From positions 1 to 53,655 of IMG/VR virus record IMGVR_UViG_3300002855_000208: a stretch of 53,655 bases of DNA; one strand, given 5' to 3'. The position numbers were made by a program, and so were the translations under genes. The notes below the pieces were generated by a model, which was given only the letters and a program-made list of their open reading frames with translations, ran no database searches and had not been told where the DNA came from. Below, piece by piece: positions 46,806 to 53,655 of this stretch; the first letter of the stretch is position 1, and every line of letters begins with the position of its first letter. This stretch comes from a virus. Lineage: Duplodnaviria > Caudoviricetes.

Positions 46806-48385
46806 TTAAGCATACTCGCGTCCGAGTTAAAGATAAGAAGTTAGAGGAAGGGCCGCTACAATATAGCGGCTCTTTTTCAAAGTCCAACGGATGGACAGAC
46901 ATCAGGGTCTTGGATATTCCGCCCGTAGCCGTTATAAAAACCGAATTAGTAATTTCCAAGGGCAAATCAGCTTCATCCATTCTTGCCGATCTAGTAGCCA
47001 AGTACGGCGGAAACTGGGTTGTGTTTAATGCGTCGTATTTTAGCTCATCCGGTGACTTGATGGGAAAAACTTTTCAAAACGGCAAGGTCATATTCCAAGA
47101 CGTGGCAGGAAAGACAGAGCAGCGCCCTCATTTGTATCGAAAGGCTGGACGTTTCGGTGTTGGACGTCAAGGCGACCCTGCGGGGATCGATTGGGCTGTC
47201 GTAGGTGTTCCGACGCTAACGGCCGGAGGAAAGGCAATCAATCCACCAAGAGCAGAAGAAAAGACACCGCCAGACGTGCCGGGCGTTAACCCTCGCATGA
47301 TCGCCGGAATCAAAGCAGACGGAACGCTTGGCATTATTGCGGTGGATGGTCGAGGAAGCTCGGATCGGGGATTAACAACCGAGGAATCCGGTATTATGGC
47401 GATCTCTCTCGGTTATGCCGATTCGATAAATCTGGACGGTGGAGGATCCTCGACGATCGCCACAAATAATCGCCAGTTGCTCGATGCTCTCGAGATCGAC
47501 AAGACCAATAAAAAGCGCAATTATCATGTTAGCGACATAAGCCAAAATCAAGTTCAACGTATTATTCAACATGCCGTTGCGATTCAATTCGATCCGGCCG
47601 TTCTATTCCCTAAGCCGAATACGCTATTCGGGATTGATTGTGCCAACCCACTCAAAACGGTCACGGCAAAGGCGGTAGCTGCCGAAGGCGCTAAGTTTGC
47701 CGTTCGCTATTTGGTGCCGCCAGCTTATGCATGGAAGCGCCTCACGCGCCCGGAAGTCGACGCCATTCAAGGCGCCGGAATGAAGGTGGCTTCGGTCTTC
47801 CAAAAAGGCACTGATCGTGTAACGGGTGGAAAAAGTGCCGGTCAAGTGGATGGCCGGGAGGCTTTCGCCGAGGCAAAACTTATTAATCAGCCGCTCGGCA
47901 GCGCGATCTTCTTCGCAGTGGACTATGATGCACATCCGAAGGATTATGACGCTATAGAGGCTTACCTTCGCGCAGCTCAAGCGGAGATCCTGGGATATCA
48001 TGCCGGCGTATACGGTCATTATGCTGTAATCGAGGAAATGGCTAAACGTGAGGCATGCAAATACTTCTGGCAGACTTATGCTTGGTCTGGCGGCAAGAAG
48101 AGCGACAAGGCGCACTTGTACCAATACAAAAATGATACTAAACTCGGCGGTGTCTCCGTGGATTTCAACGAGGCTTACACTGAAGAGATTTTCTGGAATG
48201 AAAAGAAGGTGGAGCCGGTGGAGAAGTCAGCGAATAATGACGTAACCGCTATTGTATTTGGAAAGAAGATCGAAGGAGCAATCGTTATTGACGGCGTTAC
48301 GCTGCTACCTTTACGAGCTGTAGGGAATGCGATCGGCGGCAAGGTTACATGGGATCAGAAAACCATGACTGCAACAATCGAGTAA
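46802..48385 (+). CDS. Endolysin: phosphodiester glycosidase (NAGPA-like), DUF1906/GH25-like and C-terminal surface domain
   Basis: FNASYF, NPR, VDGR, NLDGGGSS; FAVRYL, FFAVDYD, GVYG, WQTYAWS; LPLRAVG...VTWD. Confidence 0.8.
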   Translation: MIKHTRVRVKDKKLEEGPLQYSGSFSKSNGWTDIRVLDIPPVAVIKTELVISKGKSASSILADLVAKYGGNWVVFNASYFSSSGDLMGKTFQNGKVIFQDVAGKTEQRPHLYRKAGRFGVGRQGDPAGIDWAVVGVPTLTAGGKAINPPRAEEKTPPDVPGVNPRMIAGIKADGTLGIIAVDGRGSSDRGLTTEESGIMAISLGYADSINLDGGGSSTIATNNRQLLDALEIDKTNKKRNYHVSDISQNQVQRIIQHAVAIQFDPAVLFPKPNTLFGIDCANPLKTVTAKAVAAEGAKFAVRYLVPPAYAWKRLTRPEVDAIQGAGMKVASVFQKGTDRVTGGKSAGQVDGREAFAEAKLINQPLGSAIFFAVDYDAHPKDYDAIEAYLRAAQAEILGYHAGVYGHYAVIEEMAKREACKYFWQTYAWSGGKKSDKAHLYQYKNDTKLGGVSVDFNEAYTEEIFWNEKKVEPVEKSANNDVTAIVFGKKIEGAIVIDGVTLLPLRAVGNAIGGKVTWDQKTMTATIE

Positions 48386-48392
48386 ACATTCT

Positions 48393-48422
48393 CCCGAGGG
48401 CTTCGGCTCTCGGGCTTTTTTT
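48393..48422 (+). terminator. Intrinsic terminator of lysis cassette
   Basis: CCCGAGGGC-TTCG-GCTCTCGGG followed by T run. Confidence 0.85.
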
Positions 48423-48429
48423 ATTTCAC

Positions 48430-48458
48430 TTTACATAATTGGGTATATTACGTATAAT
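48430..48458 (+). promoter_or_regulatory. SigA promoter
   Basis: TTTACA-17 bp-TATAAT. Confidence 0.75.
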
Positions 48459-48482
48459 GACTTTACACTCATATGTTCAAGA

Positions 48483-49163
48483 ATGGAGATGATAATTGTG
48501 GAAGATATCTCGTTTGCTGAAAAAGCCTTTAAGAATGACTTTCCAAATGATAGCCTCGTTCATCTGAAGACTGCTGTCAATCATGGTTACATACTTGCTA
48601 ACAAATGCATCGCTGACAATGACTTCTTGAAATCCGCTATAGGTAAAAGAGATTGGGCTAGGCTTCAGAATACTGCCGTGGAATTCGCCATTAAAGATAG
48701 GGCGGAACGGATGAATATTGAATTAAGAATTGAAGAAGCTAATAACATCCGAGGGAGTTTCCCACATTACAACTTCTTTTTGGGAAACTGTGTCTTCACG
48801 ACGAGCCGCACGGAATATTATGATGCGTTTCCAAGAGATGCAATGTTCCGGAGCATGAATAGTGCCTTAAATTCTCAAATTAAAATGATTCAAAACAGCG
48901 GAATCCTCGAAGTTGGAGTTGAGCAAGAAAATACCGAAAGATATTACGGGATTCTAACTTACGGCGGGCGCTATGATATTGAATTTATTCATTTTGGAAT
49001 TCCAAATAGCGAAATTAATAATTGGTTATATCAATGCAATATTGCAAAGTCAATTGTTTTAGCCGATCGTACTCTCGCAGAAAGAGAGAATATTGCGGCT
49101 TCCACTGTTGCAGCTGTTAAAGATCAGTTTTTAAAACGTCAGGAAGTGGCTAACGGTGAGTAA
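48483..49163 (+). CDS. Putative toxin/effector (RmrT-like position)
   Basis: AT-rich; overlaps downstream HTH-peptidase gene. Confidence 0.55.
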   Translation: MEMIIVEDISFAEKAFKNDFPNDSLVHLKTAVNHGYILANKCIADNDFLKSAIGKRDWARLQNTAVEFAIKDRAERMNIELRIEEANNIRGSFPHYNFFLGNCVFTTSRTEYYDAFPRDAMFRSMNSALNSQIKMIQNSGILEVGVEQENTERYYGILTYGGRYDIEFIHFGIPNSEINNWLYQCNIAKSIVLADRTLAERENIAASTVAAVKDQFLKRQEVANGE

Positions 49164-50340
49164 AATTGAAGAATTTAAAGGAAGTAAAAAGGGAACTAAC
49201 CACAAGAACGCTTTTATTCCGGAGAGACTTCGACAGGTAAGAATAGCGCTTGGCTATTCGACCATAGACTTTTCAGAAGACATTGGTGTTACGCGTCAAG
49301 CTCTAAATCAGTTCGAAACCAACAGAATAACTCCAAGTTACGAAACGCTCTTAAAGATAGAAAAAACGACTAATTTCCCAGTAGATTATTTTTTCAAACC
49401 AATCTTGCCCGTAAATGATGGACCATTCTTGTTTAGGGCGAATCGCACTTCTTTAAAGAAAACAAAAGAGTTTTCGAGGTTTATTGTCCAGCAAATGAAG
49501 GAAAGTTACGATTTCTTTTCTGAATATCTTGACTTTACTCCTGTGAACGTGCCTTTACTTGAGTTTGATGTGAATAGTTCGCTTGATGAAATTGAGGATA
49601 TCGCAGTGGCTTTACGGAAGCACTGGGGTCTAGGATTAGGTCCAATAAGTCATGTATACAGGCTTCTTGAGAATAATGGGATTATTATTTCCCAACTTGA
49701 CAAGCGTTTGGATAAAATAGATGCATTTTCACAGTGGAAAGATGGTAGACCGTTTGTCTTGGTTGGTTCACAAGAATTTACTGCATGTCGTCTGAGGCTT
49801 AATGCAATGCATGAATTTGGACACATACTGCTTCATACTGATGCTGAATACGAAGAAAGAGCAAATAAAGATGCCGAATTTTACGATGTTCTTGAAAGTC
49901 AGGCATTCCGTTTAGCCGGAGCCTTCATGTTTCCAAGAGAGTCTTTTCTTGACGAATTGTTTTCGACGTCGCTGCCCCATCTGATTGAGCTTAAACAACG
50001 ATGGGGAGTGTCCTTGGCATTTATAGTTAGACGTTGCAAGGAGCTCGAGATCATTTCTGATTCTAAGTACGAGACCTTAATGAGGCAAATAAAAAAGTTT
50101 GGGAAAATGGAACCCTTGGACGACAAAATTGAGAAGGAGCAACCGCGCGCATTGAATCAAGCTGCAAATCTATTGATGGAACACGGTGTTAAAACTCGTC
50201 AAGAAATATTAAGCGGCCATAAGCTTCCTCGGACGCTCGCTGAATCAATAATCGGTGTCGAACCAGGATTTTTTTCGGAGCATATCCCAGAAGAAAAAAT
50301 TGTTGAATTCCGATCAAAATCGCAAAATAAAGCTAATTGA
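49156..50340 (+). CDS. XRE-HTH fused to ImmA/IrrE Zn metallopeptidase (RmrA-like)
   Basis: HTH; LRKHWGLG; DAFS; HEFGH; E..A..LAGAF. Confidence 0.88.
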   Translation: MSKIEEFKGSKKGTNHKNAFIPERLRQVRIALGYSTIDFSEDIGVTRQALNQFETNRITPSYETLLKIEKTTNFPVDYFFKPILPVNDGPFLFRANRTSLKKTKEFSRFIVQQMKESYDFFSEYLDFTPVNVPLLEFDVNSSLDEIEDIAVALRKHWGLGLGPISHVYRLLENNGIIISQLDKRLDKIDAFSQWKDGRPFVLVGSQEFTACRLRLNAMHEFGHILLHTDAEYEERANKDAEFYDVLESQAFRLAGAFMFPRESFLDELFSTSLPHLIELKQRWGVSLAFIVRRCKELEIISDSKYETLMRQIKKFGKMEPLDDKIEKEQPRALNQAANLLMEHGVKTRQEILSGHKLPRTLAESIIGVEPGFFSEHIPEEKIVEFRSKSQNKAN

Positions 50341-50370
50341 AAGCGGAAGGCGTAAGCCTCCGCTTTTTTT
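50341..50370. terminator. Terminator between convergent genes
   Basis: AAGCGGAAGGC-GTAA-GCCTCCGCTT followed by T run. Confidence 0.75.
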
Positions 50371-51232
50371 ATACAATGAAGCCTACAAACTCTGGACTCC
50401 GCAGCATCCCCTTACGCGTCCAATTCCGGAACCGCACCCGCGCGTTTATCCTCGGCTCTAAATAAACGAAATCCCGATCTTCTCTAGAAACTAGGCTACG
50501 AGCGACGCCATAGAACGCCTGCTTATGTTTCAACGGAACCAATGTCGGATGTTCGAGAAGTCCGACCGGTCGACCCCGATGAGACAGCAGCCATCCAAAT
50601 TGATTTTTCCGGTATCCGGCAATTTGCACGACATCATAAGTGTAGTTAATAATTTTGATCCAGCTTGGGGCGCGACGACCGACATACCGACTCTTTTGTA
50701 GCTTGGCTACAATTCCCTCGAGTTTCTTTTCCTTGATCGCTTCGAACAATGCCACGCCAGTTCCAGGAACACTCAACACCGGGGAGAAGAATTTATTTGC
50801 CGATAGAACTTGCTGCAGGATCCGCTTGCGCTCCGTTAGCGGTAGAGGCCGCAAGTCACGTCCATTGTACCGCAGGATATCAAACACATAGTAATGGACC
50901 GGCTGCCGAACCATAGCTTGGCGTATAGCGAGCGGTTTCCGCTTCAAAAATCGCTCCATGACCAATTCAAACTCAATGGCCCCATCTTCATTTTGGCATG
51001 CGACTTCGCCGTCAAGCACAACGTCGGAACTGTCATCGATCGGAACGTCATGCAGCTCGGGATACTGCAGCGTCACGTCGTTATTGTGGCGTGTAAAAAG
51101 ACGGACCTGTCCGGCCTCCATCGATAAGATGAGGCGGTGTCCGTCTATTTTGGGTTCAAATATATACCGATCGTCATCGAAAGGATTCTCACGCTTTTCC
51201 AGGAGCATAGGAGGGAGGAACATTTCGCACAC
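50369..51232 (-). CDS. ATP-dependent DNA ligase (LigD ligase-domain type)
   Basis: EPKIDG, LDGE, FDIL, EGIVAK, WIKI, G.LR.P.F. Confidence 0.92.
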   Translation of the reverse strand: MCEMFLPPMLLEKRENPFDDDRYIFEPKIDGHRLILSMEAGQVRLFTRHNNDVTLQYPELHDVPIDDSSDVVLDGEVACQNEDGAIEFELVMERFLKRKPLAIRQAMVRQPVHYYVFDILRYNGRDLRPLPLTERKRILQQVLSANKFFSPVLSVPGTGVALFEAIKEKKLEGIVAKLQKSRYVGRRAPSWIKIINYTYDVVQIAGYRKNQFGWLLSHRGRPVGLLEHPTLVPLKHKQAFYGVARSLVSREDRDFVYLEPRINARVRFRNWTRKGMLRSPEFVGFIV

Positions 51233-51305
51233 CGTCCGTATATCTAAGCTGATATACTGATTGTATCATTCGGGTATGCATGACGAAGCCGGTAAGTAAT
51301 GGGAG

Positions 51306-51479
51306 TCAATCAATGATCCGCAGGGTAAACTTGTCCTTATAATAGTACATCCCGTCGTCGAGCTTGATTGTGTCTTTTGTATGCAGCAAGATCTTCCCGC
51401 GGCCGATAAGCTCTTCCTCGTCGTAAATCTCGACGGTTTTTCCGTACATAAATGCATGGTTAATCAATTGGACATCCAT
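51306..51479 (-). CDS. Small beta-rich protein
   Basis: GGAGG RBS before MDVQL. Confidence 0.6.
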   Translation of the reverse strand: MDVQLINHAFMYGKTVEIYDEEELIGRGKILLHTKDTIKLDDGMYYYKDKFTLRIID

Positions 51480-51565
51480 GAAGATCCTCCAAATTGCCAA
51501 GCGTTTGGGAATATCATATTGTCAAAGTGCATCTATGTAAAGGCCAGCCATGCACGGCCAGCTCG

Positions 51566-51640
51566 TGGCGGATATCCGCGACCATCCCGGCAGTAGCCGG
51601 TAGGTTTCGGCCTCCTCCGCAGGAGGCCATCGTCAGGCGG
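51566..51640 (-). ncRNA. Type I hammerhead ribozyme
   Basis: CCGC-CUGACGA-U-GGCCUCCU(GCGG)AGGAGGCC-GAAACC...CCGGC(UACU)GCCGG...GGUC-GCGG; complete core and three stems. Confidence 0.85.
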
Positions 51641-51806
51641 GTGTGTATGCTTCCAGTGCCTCAAGTGCTTGTTTGATTCGATTGATTTTTTCTTCGCCTG
51701 AACGATCCGACTCGATGATCGCTTCGATCACGCCGACCGTGTAATACGTCGCGGCAGTCTGATCCTCTTTAACGTCTCTTTGGAGTCTTTCCAGTAAATC
51801 ATTCAT
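51633..51806 (-). CDS. 57-aa protein whose stop codon lies in the ribozyme core
   Basis: GGGAGG upstream of MNDLLE; TGA is part of CUGACGA. Confidence 0.6.
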   Translation of the reverse strand: MNDLLERLQRDVKEDQTAATYYTVGVIEAIIESDRSGEEKINRIKQALEALEAYTPA

Positions 51807-51855
51807 ATCCTCTTTCCCTCCCATCGGGGGGAGACCCGAAGGTCTCCAGTTATTA

Positions 51856-52089
51856 TTAAGCAAGTTTCCGAGCCTGTGACCTGATCCGGATCATTTCCCA
51901 CTCACTGACGTGCACCAAATTTGCACCGAGTCCGATAAGAACTTCGTTAAGCGATTGAATGCGTTCTTCTGTCGTACTGCCATACGTCGACAGCTTGTGA
52001 ACTGATCCCGGATATTCTTTCGTTGGGAGAATCTCGTAACATACGTCCCTGCTTTCCTTGGCGTCCCAAATATAAACTTCCTTAGCCAT
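51856..52089 (-). CDS. Hypothetical protein
   Basis: GGGAGG RBS before MAKEVY. Confidence 0.6.
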   Translation of the reverse strand: MAKEVYIWDAKESRDVCYEILPTKEYPGSVHKLSTYGSTTEERIQSLNEVLIGLGANLVHVSEWEMIRIRSQARKLA

Positions 52090-52118
52090 CCTCATTACCT
52101 CCCTGCCCAATGGGCTGC

Positions 52119-52202
52119 TTATTTTCTCCTTGCGTTCCTAATCAGTGCCGCCATCGTGATGACCAACGCCGCGATGCTGATGACCATTGTCGCCATTTGC
52201 AT
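52119..52202 (-). CDS. 27-aa hydrophobic peptide (type I toxin-like)
   Basis: GAAAGGAG RBS; MQMATMVISIAALVITMAALIRNARRK. Confidence 0.65.
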   Translation of the reverse strand: MQMATMVISIAALVITMAALIRNARRK

Positions 52203-52297
52203 CCAATTTGCTCCTTTCGGATTCTTGATATATAAGATCGAATGGATTATGATGGGTAGTAAGAGGGGCCGCTTGCTCGCCCCGCTTACCGTGTGTG

Positions 52298-52438
52298 TTA
52301 GTTCTTCCAACGATGCAGGCCGTTCCCGCGGTCTGCATCTTTCATTTTCTTGAGTTCTCGCATCGTCCGGTAATTCACGATTGCGATGATCAAGTTAATG
52401 AAGGAAGTTACTAAGCCCATCAGTTGTTCCATTCGCAT
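52298..52438 (-). CDS. 46-aa single-TM peptide, not in ORF track
   Basis: GAAAGGAG RBS; MRMEQLMGLVTSFINLIIAIVNYRTMRELKKMKDADRGNGLHRWKN. Confidence 0.65.
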   Translation of the reverse strand: MRMEQLMGLVTSFINLIIAIVNYRTMRELKKMKDADRGNGLHRWKN

Positions 52439-52481
52439 TCTCCTTTCCGAAGGCGTGTCCTTAACCTTCTGATTTCATTAT

Positions 52482-52547
52482 ACAGCATTTTAAATGCTGT
52501 GTAAATAGGTGAATTATAAATATTGCAAAAGTATTTTTAATGCTGTA
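52482..52547. promoter_or_regulatory. Palindromic operators between divergent genes
   Basis: ACAGCATTT-T-AAATGCTGT at 52482-52500; partial second copy ending TAATGCTGTA near 52538-52547. Confidence 0.7.
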
Positions 52548-52575
52548 ATATTGAACTAAAGGAGGATGGTTTTCT

Positions 52576-52743
52576 ATGGCGGGTCGTCCTAAGAAGGCTG
52601 AGGAAGATAAGAAAATTCGCGAGGCGATATATTTTGAACCGGCATTACTTGAATGGCTTAAGGGAGTAGCTGATGGGGAAGGATGCACGGTCAGTGTCAT
52701 CGTAAATCGAATGGTAAAGAAAGCAAAAGAGCAGGAGGGGTAA
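52576..52743 (+). CDS. 55-aa ribbon-helix-helix regulator, not in ORF track
   Basis: AAGGAGG RBS; MAGRPKK...REAIYFEPALLEWLKGVADGEGCTVSVIVNRMV. Confidence 0.75.
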   Translation: MAGRPKKAEEDKKIREAIYFEPALLEWLKGVADGEGCTVSVIVNRMVKKAKEQEG

Positions 52744-52765
52744 CCCCGCTGCTTTTTTTGTTCGC

Positions 52766-52810
52766 TTGATAAGAACATAAGTTCGTATTATAATAACGAA
52801 CAAATGTTCC
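52766..52810 (+). promoter_or_regulatory. SigA promoter with two LexA boxes
   Basis: TTGATA-17 bp-TATAAT; GAACATAAGTTC at 52773 and CGAACAAATGTTCC at 52797. Confidence 0.88.
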
Positions 52811-52828
52811 TATTTGGAGGCAAACAGC

Positions 52829-52990
52829 ATGGAAGAGCTCTTAACGCTGTCGTATAATTTTAGCTTGCCGATCGTGCTTATTGTCGGCAACGCCAAAGTG
52901 GCCGGTATCGTTGAGCAACTGGACGACGATCACGCTAGGATCGCCGGTGAGTGGTATGCGATTGGAGACATAAAGGGGGTACCGCGATGA
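52829..52990 (+). CDS. 53-aa protein, not in ORF track
   Basis: GGAGG RBS; ATGA-coupled to next gene. Confidence 0.6.
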   Translation: MEELLTLSYNFSLPIVLIVGNAKVAGIVEQLDDDHARIAGEWYAIGDIKGVPR

Positions 52991-53373
52991 GCGTGCAGAC
53001 CACTGGGCGGATCACGATAGAAGAGCTCACCATGGTACGAGATTTCATTATGCTTCCGCATATGCTGACGATGTGTCAGAACAGTTTAGATGATCTACGT
53101 ATCTCCAGAAACCTATTTAAAGACCAGTTCGCCGGAATGGTGCAACTAATCATGGACGCAATAACGCGAGATTTGGCTCAACTTAGACGGGAGTTCTCAA
53201 AGCGTAAAATCAAAGTGTGGGACGATGGTGTGGTGGATGGGATTATCTATAGTAGATACAACTGCAGGGGCTACGAAGATCGTTTCGGAGTTGTCCGGGA
53301 GGCGCTCCGGTCGGAGATTAGCGTTAGGCTAAAGCAGTACGCGAGCGGCGTCATCATCAAGCCAACACATTAA
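52987..53373 (+). CDS. Conserved SOS-operon hypothetical protein
   Basis: ATG at 52987; Y.CRGY motif; upstream of YolD-like gene. Confidence 0.7.
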   Translation: MSVQTTGRITIEELTMVRDFIMLPHMLTMCQNSLDDLRISRNLFKDQFAGMVQLIMDAITRDLAQLRREFSKRKIKVWDDGVVDGIIYSRYNCRGYEDRFGVVREALRSEISVRLKQYASGVIIKPTH

Positions 53374-53388
53374 AAGGAGAGATATATC

Positions 53389-53655
53389 ATGCCGGCAGTA
53401 GCAAAGCCAAAGAAAGTAGCTAAAACTAAACGACCCACCCGTGATGAGTTTGAACTTGAGGAATTGGGTGAAGTGTTAGTTGAAGCGTTACGTGAAGAAA
53501 ATGAGGTCGCTTTAACTGTCTGGGGAGAAGAGGAACAAGTACGCGGGTGGATCCTGGAAATGAACGCTAGAACGAAACTCGTACATGTTGAGAAACACGG
53601 TGAAATAACTAAGGTGCCGTTTATGGATATAATGAAGGTAGGAAGCCCCGAGTGA
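53389..53655 (+). CDS. YolD-like protein
   Basis: KRPTRDEFELEE...VRGWI...VPFMDI; in LexA-boxed operon. Confidence 0.8.
   Translation: MPAVAKPKKVAKTKRPTRDEFELEELGEVLVEALREENEVALTVWGEEEQVRGWILEMNARTKLVHVEKHGEITKVPFMDIMKVGSPE

Larger units (their letters stand above)
1..53655. mobile_element. Temperate siphovirus-like prophage, near complete, att sites not seen
   Basis: Canonical module order: integrase, immunity, replication, packaging, head, tail, lysis, accessory. Confidence 0.95.

Noticed and set aside
52461-52778. Listed 105-aa minus ORF
   Set aside because: Overlaps the better supported plus-strand RHH gene and promoters
1-53655. Diversity-generating retroelement, retron, intron or IS
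   Set aside because: No reverse transcriptase, transposase or template/variable repeat pair recognised

Overview
The window is an essentially complete temperate siphophage (prophage) of a Bacillota host, most likely Paenibacillaceae (inferred from gene content). It runs from a large serine integrase at position 1 to a YolD-like gene at 53655; no att sites are visible. Module order: integration/immunity (1-5.4 kb), recombination and replication (6.2-13.9 kb), a mosaic of small accessory genes with a DNA adenine methylase (14-21 kb), late regulator, tyrosine recombinase, packaging/head/tail (24-45 kb), lysis (46-48.4 kb) and a right-end accessory region. The best leads lie outside the ORF track: (1) a type I hammerhead ribozyme on the minus strand (about 51576-51640), ending an operon of tiny hydrophobic-peptide genes that diverges from an unlisted ribbon-helix-helix gene; (2) an about 400-nt densely base-paired non-coding region after the late regulator; (3) a direct-repeat-flanked reverse-strand moron with anti-CRISPR/Aca-like architecture; (4) five LexA boxes, which suggest SOS control without a self-cleaving repressor; (5) a RosmerTA-like toxin/peptidase pair; (6) a tailspike followed by an O-acetyltransferase. 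All calls come from reading sequence and motifs; no database searches or folding programs were run.
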